From: Phycisphaerales bacterium
GTDB lineage: Bacteria; Planctomycetota; Phycisphaerae; SM23-33
Reading direction: 5' to 3'
Length of the DNA stretch: 63,918 bases
NCBI GenBank assembly: GCA_003485185.1
Contig: DNAS01000072.1
Coordinates: forward strand, 9,843 to 73,760
How positions within the stretch are numbered: position 1 is the first letter of the stretch; each line of letters begins with the position of its first letter. Below the pieces are notes generated by a model. That model was not told the origin of the DNA, did no database searches, and saw only the letters and a list, made by a program, of their open reading frames with translations. Made by a program: the position numbers and the translations under genes. This document shows, one piece after another, positions 9,545 through 17,649 of this stretch.

Positions 9545-9620
9545 CTTTCCCTTCGGCCTTCCCCCTTCGGCCTTTGACCTTTCCCCTTCGGCCTTTAACC
9601 TTTCCCCTTCGCCCTCTTCC
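9545..9620 (-). repeat. About 4 degenerate tandem units of CCTTTCCCCTTCGGCCTTTRA (word block C2, inverted relative to C1)
   Basis: Units at 9545-9560, 9561-9577, 9578-9598 and 9599-9620. They translate as the PLRPLTF repeats of a spurious N-terminal extension in the ORF track. Confidence 0.85.
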
Positions 9621-9630
9621 GAAAAAGCGC

Positions 9631-9660
9631 TTGGGAGCATCCGGCGGGGTTCCGTACAAT
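9631..9660 (+). promoter_or_regulatory. Candidate promoter TTGGGA-N18-TACAAT placing the ATG 9 nt after the -10 (leaderless candidate)
   Basis: TTGGGA at 9631-9636, TACAAT at 9655-9660, ATG at 9670. No Shine-Dalgarno sequence in between. Confidence 0.4.
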
Positions 9661-9669
9661 AGCGGCCCT

Positions 9670-12600
9670 ATGAAGATTGATCCGAGATTCCTGACCGAGG
9701 AAGGTCCGCAGATATTCAACGGCAACGAGCTGTTGATCAAGGGCTGCCTGGAAGCCGAGGGCGGGGTCCACCTGCTGGGCGGATACCCGGGCAGCCCGGT
9801 GTCGGGCTTTTTCGACTCGATGGCGTACATCAAGGACCTTCTCAATGAGAAGGGCATCCGCGCGGTCATCAACCACAACGAGGCGCTGGCGGCGGCCATG
9901 CTCAACGGTTCGCAGGTGGCGGGCCTACGGGGCGTGATCTGCATGAAGTCGGTGGGCGTGCACGTGGCGGCCGACGCGCTGGCGCTGGGCAGCCTGGCCG
10001 GGGCCCACCCCGACGGCGGCGCGGTCGTCATCTACGGCGACGACCCGTGGAGCGACTCGACGCAGGTCCCCGCCGACAGCCGGTACATCTCCCGCCACCT
10101 GTTCATTCCCACGCTGGAACCGTCCAACGCGCAGGAGATCAAGGATTTCCTCGACCTGGGGTTGAAGCTTTCCCGCCGCAGCGAGCTGTACGCCGGATAC
10201 ATCGTGGCGACCAACCTGGCCGACGGGGGCGGAACGGTGCGGTGCCGGGCCAACCAGTACCCCGCCGTCAACACGCACGCGCAGATGGATTTCCTGACGG
10301 GCGGGATCGACCTGAACAAGTTCGTGCTGCTTCCGCCCAAGACGTGGTGGCAGGAGGCGAAATACGCCGAGCGGTTCGAACGGTGCCTGGCGGTGTCGCG
10401 CGAGCTGGGCCTGAACCGCCTGGAGAACGCGGCCCAACGGCGCGCGCCGGTGGGGTTCGTCACCAGTGGGCTGGCGTATGCCTACCTGGCGCAGGCGCTG
10501 GACGAGATGGGCCTGGGCGGCGCGATGCCGGTGCTGAAATTCGGGCTGACGTACCCGCTGGACGAGCGCCTGGTGGAGGCGCTGGCGGCCCAGTGCGAGC
10601 GGATCGTGGTGGTCGAGGAGCGGCGCGGATTCCTGGAAGAGCAGATCGCCGAGGCGCTGACGCGCCTGCGCCAGTCGGGCAAGGTCACCGACCCGGTGGA
10701 ACTGTGGGGCAAGACGTTCCCCGAGGGCTTGGCGGGGATTCCGGAGATTCGCGGCCTGCACCCGTCGATCCTGACGGAGCGCCTGGGCCCGCTGCTGCAA
10801 AAGGTCGGCGGGTCGGCGGTTTCTTCGGCGGCGGCGAAGGCCATCGAGTCCGAGCTGCGGACGATCGAGCAGGCGGGCAAGGTGCGCGTGCCGCAGATGC
10901 CGCCTCGCCTTCCGACGTTCTGCCCGGGCTGCCCGCACCGCGACAGCAGCGACCTGTGCCTGGAGATCCAGAAGCGATTCCGCGACGCGGCCTACATGAA
11001 ACGCAGGCACGGGCGCGGGCCGGTGGACCTGGTCTTCCACGGCGACATCGGCTGCTACACCATGCTCATGTTCCCGCCGAACACCAGCCTGATGCACAAC
11101 CTGTCGGGCATGGGTCTGGGGGGCGGAACGGGCGCCGGAATGGACCCGTTCATCACCAACAAGCAGGTCGTCTTCATGGGCGACAGCACGTTTTTCCACT
11201 GCGGGCAGATCGCCATCAGCCAGGCCGTCAAGCTCGGGCAAGACATCACGTTCATCATCCTGGACAACCGGACGACGGGCATGACGGGCCACCAGCCGAC
11301 GCCGGGCCTGGAGTACGATGTGATCGGCAACCTGACGGCGGTGCAGGACATCGAGGAGATCGTCCGCGCCTTCGGCAGCCAGTCGGAGCTGCCGCTGTAC
11401 CGCGTGGACCCGGAGAAGCGCGACGAGTACGGCCAGCTTCTGGAACGGACGTTCCTGGCCGACGGGGTGAAGGTGATCATCGCGGACAAGGAATGCGGGA
11501 TCACGCGGACCCGCCGGAAGCGGCGCGAGGAGCGGGCCAAGGCGCGGACGCTGGGCTATCTGCCGAGTTGGCAGCACATGAACATCAACCCGGAGATCTG
11601 CCGGTTCTGCCTGTCGTGCGCGGAGATGACGGGTTGCCCGGGGCTGAAGCACTCCGAGACGGACTACGGGCGGAAGATGGACACGGACATCACCTGGTGC
11701 GTGGACGACGGCGCGTGCGAGCGGATCGGGGCGTGCTCGTCGTTCGAGCGGGTGACGATCCGGCGGACCAAGCCGCCGCGGACCAGGGTGCCGGAGCTGG
11801 GCCTGGACCAGATTCCCGAGCCCGCGCGGCGCGAGGTCGGCGACGTGTGGCGCTGTGCCTTGGCGGGCGTGGGGGGAATGGGCGTGGGCCTGGCGACGAG
11901 CATCCTCGTCCGCGCCGGGCACATGGAAGGCTACGAGGTGGTTTTCGTGGACAAGAAAGGCCTGGCCATCCGCAACGGCGGAACGGTCAGCCAGGTGGTC
12001 TACAACATCGCCCGCCGCCCGGTGACGGCGTTAATTCCGTACGGAAAGGCCGACGTGCTGTTGGGCGTGGACGTGCTGGAAGCCGCCCGCTCCCTGGACC
12101 CGCGTCAGCGCCTGCGCCTGGCGTCGCCGGAGCGGACGTCGGCCGTCATCAACCTGGACAAGATCACCACCATCCGCGGCCTGTTCGGCGAGGAAGACTT
12201 CGACGTCGAGGAACTGGAGCAGGCGATCCGCGCCGGCACGCGGACGGACGATTACCTCGCGAGGAACATCTCGCGCATCTGCGAGAAGTACCTGGGCAGC
12301 AAGCTCTACGCGAACATCATGATGCTGGGATTCGCGTTCCAGAAGGGGCTGATCCCCGTCTCGATGCATTCGATCGCGTGGGGCATCAAGGACACCATCC
12401 GCGCGGACGTCCGCAAGAACCTCTACGCGTTCAACATGGGGCGCAAACTGTGCGAGCGGATGGACATCTTCCAGGGCCCGCCGCAGCGCACCGGATGGCG
12501 CGAGACGCTCGAGGAGCGCTGCCGCAACACCATCCGCCGCTACCGCGACGGGGAAAAACTCGCCGCCGCCCTGCGCGAGCTGGCGGCAGGGACGATCGAG

Positions 12601-14400
12601 GCCGCCGGAAACCTCGACGAGGCCGATCGGCGCGCCCTCGTCGTGCGGATCTACGACTGCCTGCGCTGGGGCGGCATCGAGTACGCCCGGCGCTACGCGC
12701 GTCGCGTCACGGAGATCGCCCGCAAGGACTCGCCCCGCTTCGGACTGGCCGCCACCCGCGCCGTCGTGTACGACCTGGCCGACGCCATGCTCATCAAGGA
12801 CGGCGTGTTCCTGGCCGAACTGTCCACCAGCCCGGAAAAGTACGCCCGCGACCGCGAGAAGTACAACGTCAACCCCGCCAACGGCGACCGGATCGTCTAT
12901 CGCCACTTCTGGCATCCGACGCTGAAGCTCGGTCCCTGGCAATGGCGACCGCGCGTGACCTTCCGCAACTCCACGCTCAAGCTGCTGCGCACGATGCGCT
13001 GGCTGCGCAAGGCCCTGCCGCGCTGGCACCGCGCCGAGAAACAGTACCTGGCGGCGTACGAGGCCGCGGTGGACGCCTTCCGCTGGACCACGCCCGCCGA
13101 GTACCGCGCCGGAGTGGCGCTGATCGCCTCGCGCGAGTGCATGAACTGCCTGAACCCGCGCTGCAAGGAGCAGGGCTGCCCGCTGGCCAACGAGATTCCC
13201 ACGTGGGTGCAGTTGGCCTACCGCGACCGCTGGCAGGAGGCGGCCGAGATGCTGCTGGCGCGGAACAACTTCCCCGAGATCACGTCGCGGATCTGCCCGG
13301 CCCTGTGCGAGAAGTCGTGCAAGCAGGCGCTGGAGGGCGATCCCGTCGGCGTGCAGGCGCTGGAGCGGCAGGTGGCCGAGCGGGCGCTGGCGGAAGGATG
13401 GGATGCGCCGCGGCCGGCCGCGCGGAAGACCGGGCGCGCGGTGGCGGTGATCGGGTCGGGTCCGGCCGGGCTGGCCGCCGCCCAGCAGCTCGCCCGCGCG
13501 GGACATCGCGTGACGGTCTTCGAGAAGGAGCAATCCCCCGGCGGGCTGCTGCGGTACGGCATTCCCGCCTGGCGGCTGGAAAAGACGCTCATCGACGCCC
13601 GCGTCGAGCAGCTTCGCGCCGAAGGCGTCGAGTTCCGCACGGGCGTGGAGGTGGGCGCGGGCGTCTCGGGCGCGGAGCTTCGCGGGCAGTACGACGCGGT
13701 GCTGCTGGCTGTTGGCGCCGCCCGCCCGCGCGACCTGCGCGTCCCGGGGCGCGACAAGCAAGGCGTGATGTTCGGCGTGGACTTTTTGCGCGACCAGGCG
13801 CGCGGCGCCGGCGCTGCCGACGCGCCCGCGCCCGCGCGGGGCAAGAGCGTGGTGGTCATCGGCGGCGGGCTGACGGGCGAGGACTGCGTGGAGACGGCCG
13901 TCGCCCAAGGCGCCGCGCAGGTACACCAGCTGGAAATCCTGCCCGAATCGCCCGTCTCGGAATCGTGCCAGGCCGGGCAACTCGGCGAGGAACCGAACGT
14001 CACGCGCCGCTGGTCGGTCGCGACGGAAGCCTTGGAAGGCGACGACGGCGTGCAGCGCCTGCGGGCCCGGCAGGTGCGCTGGGCGCCCTCCCCCGCCGGG
14101 TCGAGAATGGAGCCCGTCGACGGCGGGCAGTTCGTCATCGACGCCGACCTGGTGCTGCTGGCGATGGGCTTCGACGCCGCCCTGCCCGAAGCGCTGGCCA
14201 AGCAGCTCGGGCTGGCGCTCGACGCCGCCGGGCGGACAAAGGTCCGCGATTTCGCCACCGATCAGCCGGGCGTGTTCGCCGCGGGCGATCTGGCGACCGG
14301 GGCGTCGTACGTCGTGACCGCCATCGACTCGGGGCGCAAGGCGGCCGAAAAAATCGACCGGTTCCTCGCCGCCCTGCCTGCCAAGGCCTCGAAAGTTTGA
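9670..14400 (+). CDS. Fusion protein: indolepyruvate/2-oxoacid:ferredoxin oxidoreductase family (IorA-like + IorB-like regions) with a C-terminal GltD/NfnB-type NAD(P)H-dependent Fe-S flavoprotein module
   Basis: 1576 codons. GYPGSPVSGFFD, GDIGCY and FMGDSTFFHCG (TPP). CRFCLSCAEMTGCPG and CVDDGACERIGACSSF (Fe-S). ALAGVGGMGVG near nt 11846. From about nt 13138: CMNCLNPRCKEQGCPLANEIP, NNFPEITSRICPALCEKSC and VAVIGSGPAGLAAAQQLARAGHRVTVFEKE. Confidence 0.85.
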   Translation: MKIDPRFLTEEGPQIFNGNELLIKGCLEAEGGVHLLGGYPGSPVSGFFDSMAYIKDLLNEKGIRAVINHNEALAAAMLNGSQVAGLRGVICMKSVGVHVAADALALGSLAGAHPDGGAVVIYGDDPWSDSTQVPADSRYISRHLFIPTLEPSNAQEIKDFLDLGLKLSRRSELYAGYIVATNLADGGGTVRCRANQYPAVNTHAQMDFLTGGIDLNKFVLLPPKTWWQEAKYAERFERCLAVSRELGLNRLENAAQRRAPVGFVTSGLAYAYLAQALDEMGLGGAMPVLKFGLTYPLDERLVEALAAQCERIVVVEERRGFLEEQIAEALTRLRQSGKVTDPVELWGKTFPEGLAGIPEIRGLHPSILTERLGPLLQKVGGSAVSSAAAKAIESELRTIEQAGKVRVPQMPPRLPTFCPGCPHRDSSDLCLEIQKRFRDAAYMKRRHGRGPVDLVFHGDIGCYTMLMFPPNTSLMHNLSGMGLGGGTGAGMDPFITNKQVVFMGDSTFFHCGQIAISQAVKLGQDITFIILDNRTTGMTGHQPTPGLEYDVIGNLTAVQDIEEIVRAFGSQSELPLYRVDPEKRDEYGQLLERTFLADGVKVIIADKECGITRTRRKRREERAKARTLGYLPSWQHMNINPEICRFCLSCAEMTGCPGLKHSETDYGRKMDTDITWCVDDGACERIGACSSFERVTIRRTKPPRTRVPELGLDQIPEPARREVGDVWRCALAGVGGMGVGLATSILVRAGHMEGYEVVFVDKKGLAIRNGGTVSQVVYNIARRPVTALIPYGKADVLLGVDVLEAARSLDPRQRLRLASPERTSAVINLDKITTIRGLFGEEDFDVEELEQAIRAGTRTDDYLARNISRICEKYLGSKLYANIMMLGFAFQKGLIPVSMHSIAWGIKDTIRADVRKNLYAFNMGRKLCERMDIFQGPPQRTGWRETLEERCRNTIRRYRDGEKLAAALRELAAGTIEAAGNLDEADRRALVVRIYDCLRWGGIEYARRYARRVTEIARKDSPRFGLAATRAVVYDLADAMLIKDGVFLAELSTSPEKYARDREKYNVNPANGDRIVYRHFWHPTLKLGPWQWRPRVTFRNSTLKLLRTMRWLRKALPRWHRAEKQYLAAYEAAVDAFRWTTPAEYRAGVALIASRECMNCLNPRCKEQGCPLANEIPTWVQLAYRDRWQEAAEMLLARNNFPEITSRICPALCEKSCKQALEGDPVGVQALERQVAERALAEGWDAPRPAARKTGRAVAVIGSGPAGLAAAQQLARAGHRVTVFEKEQSPGGLLRYGIPAWRLEKTLIDARVEQLRAEGVEFRTGVEVGAGVSGAELRGQYDAVLLAVGAARPRDLRVPGRDKQGVMFGVDFLRDQARGAGAADAPAPARGKSVVVIGGGLTGEDCVETAVAQGAAQVHQLEILPESPVSESCQAGQLGEEPNVTRRWSVATEALEGDDGVQRLRARQVRWAPSPAGSRMEPVDGGQFVIDADLVLLAMGFDAALPEALAKQLGLALDAAGRTKVRDFATDQPGVFAAGDLATGASYVVTAIDSGRKAAEKIDRFLAALPAKASKV

Positions 14401-14428
14401 ACCACACTCGAAGCGAAGGGATCCTGCC

Positions 14429-15652
14429 TTGCCGAACCGTTCCGAAGACGCAGCCGTTCTCCGCGACCTGGTGAAGCGTTACCTGGAAGTGTGCGCCCAG
14501 CCCGTGCAGGCGGAGCGCCGCCGCCTTTGGCGCGACCACAACAGCCTGCGCCCCACGCGCACGCTGTTCCACATCCGCGGCGGAAACTGCTGGGACGAGA
14601 TTCCGTCGATCCACGAGCGCCGCGTGCGGGACGACTTCCTGCGCGGATACGAGAAGGAGCTGCAAAAGCGCCTCTTCGCCGCCTCGCTCGACGACGACAC
14701 GATCTTCGAGCCCTGGCTGACCGTGTCGGCGGCGCATCGCCGCTGGGGCTGGGGGTTCACCTTCCAACGAACGCATAGCGACGAGGCCAAGGGCTCGTGG
14801 AAGGCGGACTACCCGATCAAGGAAGAGTCCGACATCCGCAAGCTCCAGCCGCCGCGGCATGAGATCGACGAGGAAGCCACCGCCCAACGGGTCGAGACGC
14901 TCCGGCAGGCGGTCGGAGACCTGATCCCCGTGCACGTGGACCGCGCCCCGGCCTGGCGGATGTGGACCGGCGACCTGTCCACCGAACTGGGCTACCTGCG
15001 CGGCATCGAGAACCTCATGCTCGACATGCTCGACCGCCCCGCCTGGCTGCACGAGCTGCTGGCGTTCATGCGCGACGGAATCCTCCGCACCCACGAACAG
15101 GCCGAGCAGGCGGGCGACTGGTCGCTCGCGGAGCATCAGAACCAGGTCATGCCCTACGCCCGCGAGTTGTCCGACCCCGCGCCCAACACTCACGGCGCGA
15201 AGCGCAGCGAGCTCTGGGGCTACATGGCCGCCCAGGAATACACGCTCATCTCCCCGGCCATGCACGAGGAATTCCTCCTCCAGTACCAGCGCCCGATCCT
15301 CGAGAAATTCGGCCTGACCGCCTACGGCTGCTGCGAGGACCTGACGCGCAAGATCGACATGCTGCGGAGCATCCCGAACCTGCGGCGGATCGCGGTGACT
15401 CCGGTGGCCGACGTCCGCAAGAGCGCCGAGCAGATCGGCACGGATTACGTCATTTCCTGGCGGCCGAACCCCGCCCAGATGGTCTGCCTGGGCTTCGACG
15501 AGGCCCTGGTGCGCAAGATCGTCCGCGACGCGCTGGACGCCTGCTGCGGCCTGCACATGGACATCACGCTCAAGGACGTCCACACCGTCCAGGGACAGCC
15601 CGAGCGCCTGGTCCGGTGGAGCAAACTGATCCGCGAAATGGTGGAGCCGTAA
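14429..15652 (+). CDS. Conserved hypothetical protein, possibly URO-D/MtaA-like TIM-barrel fold
   Basis: 407-codon ORF with high GC3. TTG start with GAAGGG 8 nt upstream, 28 nt after the preceding stop. Only a weak resemblance (YGCCEDL...ISWRPNP) supports the fold guess. Confidence 0.5.
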   Translation: MPNRSEDAAVLRDLVKRYLEVCAQPVQAERRRLWRDHNSLRPTRTLFHIRGGNCWDEIPSIHERRVRDDFLRGYEKELQKRLFAASLDDDTIFEPWLTVSAAHRRWGWGFTFQRTHSDEAKGSWKADYPIKEESDIRKLQPPRHEIDEEATAQRVETLRQAVGDLIPVHVDRAPAWRMWTGDLSTELGYLRGIENLMLDMLDRPAWLHELLAFMRDGILRTHEQAEQAGDWSLAEHQNQVMPYARELSDPAPNTHGAKRSELWGYMAAQEYTLISPAMHEEFLLQYQRPILEKFGLTAYGCCEDLTRKIDMLRSIPNLRRIAVTPVADVRKSAEQIGTDYVISWRPNPAQMVCLGFDEALVRKIVRDALDACCGLHMDITLKDVHTVQGQPERLVRWSKLIREMVEP

Positions 15653-15665
15653 AGGAGCCGGCGTC

Positions 15666-16325
15666 ATGCCGCGCGAGTCGAAACAGGCTCGGATCGAGCG
15701 GGTGAAGAAACTGCTGGCCGCCCTGCGCCGCGAGTTCCCCGACGCGACGTGCGCGCTGCATTTCCGCACGCCGCTGGAACTGCTGGTGGCGACGATCCTT
15801 TCGGCCCAGTGCACCGACGCGCGGGTGAACCTGGTGACGCCTGCGCTGTTCGCGAAGTACCGCACGGCTGGGGCGTTCGCAGCCGCCCCGCAGGAGACGC
15901 TCGAGCAGGAAATCCGTTCGACGGGATTCTTCCGCAACAAGGCCAGAAACATCCGCGGCGCGTGTGCGATCCTCGCGGAAGAGCACGGCGGGCGCGTGCC
16001 GGAGACGATGGACGAGTTGCTGGCGCTGCCCGGCGTGGCGCGCAAGACCGCCAACGTCGTGCTGGGCACGGCCTACGGGAAGAACGAGGGCGTTGTGGTG
16101 GACACGCACGTGCAGCGTCTCGCCGGGCGGCTGGGGCTCACCGCCCACGCCAGCAACCAGGGCGACCGGATCGAGAAGGACCTGATGTCCGTCGTGCCGC
16201 GGGAGCAGTGGACGTTCTTCGCCCACGCGCTGGTGCTGCACGGGCGGAAGACCTGCACCGCGCGCAAGCCGGACTGCCCGCATTGCCCGCTGGCGAAGCT
16301 CTGCCCGTCGGCGGGCAAGGTCTGA
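15666..16325 (+). CDS. nth: Endonuclease III
   Basis: HhH LLALPGVARKTANVVL, the GPD-region Asp (VVVDTHV) and a C-terminal CX6CX2CX5C cluster (CTARKPDCPHCPLAKLC). Confidence 0.92.
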   Translation: MPRESKQARIERVKKLLAALRREFPDATCALHFRTPLELLVATILSAQCTDARVNLVTPALFAKYRTAGAFAAAPQETLEQEIRSTGFFRNKARNIRGACAILAEEHGGRVPETMDELLALPGVARKTANVVLGTAYGKNEGVVVDTHVQRLAGRLGLTAHASNQGDRIEKDLMSVVPREQWTFFAHALVLHGRKTCTARKPDCPHCPLAKLCPSAGKV

Positions 16326-16333
16326 CGACGCTG

Positions 16334-16460
16334 CTCTGTTGAAAACATCCGTTTACGGGATGGGTGGCACGCTTTGCTCGCAAAGCGTGTTGCTGAATTC
16401 ACGGAGAACACTGCTTGCAAGCAAGCAGTGCCACCCGGTTATCCGATGTTTTCAACAGAG
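16334..16460. repeat. Double-hairpin palindromic element, full copy B2 (MITE-like, 127 bp)
   Basis: Perfect 16-nt TIRs ctctgttgaaaacatc / gatgttttcaacagag. Hairpins at 16368-16389 (cacgctttgc-tc-gcaaagcgtg) and 16409-16430 (cactgcttgc-aa-gcaagcagtg), capped by GGTGGCAC / GTGCCACC. Lies between convergent nth and GH130. Confidence 0.9.
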
Positions 16461-16472
16461 CCACAACTCGCC

Positions 16473-17411
16473 TCAGCGGGCACGTTCGGCCAGGCAGAAG
16501 TCCACCAGTTCGGCGACCGTGGTCTGGGCCAGGCAGATGCGCGTGTCGGCCCCGCCGTAGTAGACGTTCAGCGTTCCGTCGGGCATTTCCACCGCGCCGC
16601 CGGTGAAGACGACGTTGGGCACCTGCCCGACGCACTCGTAGAGTTCTTCCGGCTGGAGGAGGAACCGGGTGGGAGCGGCCACCACGCGCGACGGGGTTTC
16701 CAGGTCCACCAGCATCGCGCCGAGGTAGTAGTTTTCCGAGGAAGCGGTTTTCGACGTCGCGTGGTAGACCAGCAGCCAGCCGGCGGGCGTCTCGATGGGG
16801 ATCGCGCCCGCGCCGGTCTTGGTGTGAGACCATCCGTTGTAAGGCATGTCCAGGGGGCGGGCGTCGCCCCAGTGGATCAGGTCGGGCGAGCGGCTCACCC
16901 AGATCTGCCCGCTGCCGTCGATGTTCTGCGGGCGCTCCAGGCGGACGTATCGCCCGCCGATCTTGCGCGGGAACAGCACCGCGTTGCGGTTGGACGGCGC
17001 GGAAATCTCCCCCACCGCCTCGAAGCGCACGAAGTCATCCGTCTGCGCGATGCCGATTCCGCAGCCCAGCTTGCCCAACCAGGAGGCGTGGCAGACGTAG
17101 TACGTGCCTTCCAGCGGCGTGATCCGCATGTCGAACCGGTTGGCGACCCACTGGGTTTCCGTCTCGCGCAGGGGATAGTCGATCGGATCGGGGCAGACGT
17201 CGAACGCCAGGCCGTCGCGGCTGGTGGCCACGTGGAACGTCGTCAGGCGGCGGTAGTTCTCGACGCGCAGCAGGAGCAGCACCTTCTCACCGAAGCGGAC
17301 GGCCCCGCAGTTGAACACGGCGGAGCATTCCATGGGCATGTCCTGGGGGCGGAGGATGGGGTTGCGGCCGTGCCGGCGAAGCGGCGGGGTGAAGGCCTTC
17401 GATGCGTTCAT
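16473..17411 (-). CDS. GH130 family glycoside phosphorylase/hydrolase (beta-mannoside phosphorylase-like)
   Basis: ATG 17411. NPILRPQD, AVFNCGAV, PRKIGGRY and VYYGGADT signatures of the GH130 (DUF377) propeller. The 76-codon upstream extension is rejected. Confidence 0.8.
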   Translation of the reverse strand: MNASKAFTPPLRRHGRNPILRPQDMPMECSAVFNCGAVRFGEKVLLLLRVENYRRLTTFHVATSRDGLAFDVCPDPIDYPLRETETQWVANRFDMRITPLEGTYYVCHASWLGKLGCGIGIAQTDDFVRFEAVGEISAPSNRNAVLFPRKIGGRYVRLERPQNIDGSGQIWVSRSPDLIHWGDARPLDMPYNGWSHTKTGAGAIPIETPAGWLLVYHATSKTASSENYYLGAMLVDLETPSRVVAAPTRFLLQPEELYECVGQVPNVVFTGGAVEMPDGTLNVYYGGADTRICLAQTTVAELVDFCLAERAR

Positions 17412-17609
17412 GGTCGTCTCATACGTCCTTTCCGAGTAAAGCCAACACCAAAAAAACTCGCCGCAGAGATCGCAAAGAAGAAAAATGCTTTGTTTTCCTG
17501 AAGGCTTTGCGTCCTCTGCGGTTCCCGTTTCCGGGTTCTGAGTCAATGTCCGCCCAAGATATCCGCGCGGACCTTTGGGAGCAAGCAAGTCTCTCGGCGG
17601 CGCGGGGAC

Positions 17610-17645
17610 GGTGGGTAGCGTGGTTTGCGAAGCAACCACGTCCCC
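17610..17645. repeat. Single-hairpin member of the palindromic family (B5)
   Basis: Sequence is ggtgggtag-cgtggtttgc-gaa-gcaaccacg-tcccc. It has the same arms, with the same bulged T, as the first hairpin of 40184-40280. Confidence 0.7.
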
Positions 17646-17649
17646 TGAC

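Noticed and set aside
9454-9669. 72-codon N-terminal extension of the ior gene containing PLRPLTF tandem repeats
   Set aside because: The repeats are the translated intergenic word block that also occurs, inverted, upstream of the neighbouring gene and at 25349-25376. A promoter-like TTGGGA-N18-TACAAT lies inside the extension. IorA homology starts at ATG 9670.
9925-14474. Long ORFs 9925-11922 (-), 10047-14474 (+, 1475 aa) and 12031-13980 (-) overlapping the ior fusion gene
   Set aside because: These are alternative frames or the antisense strand of a gene with dense conserved motifs. Their translations are Arg/Pro/Gly-rich, with no motifs.
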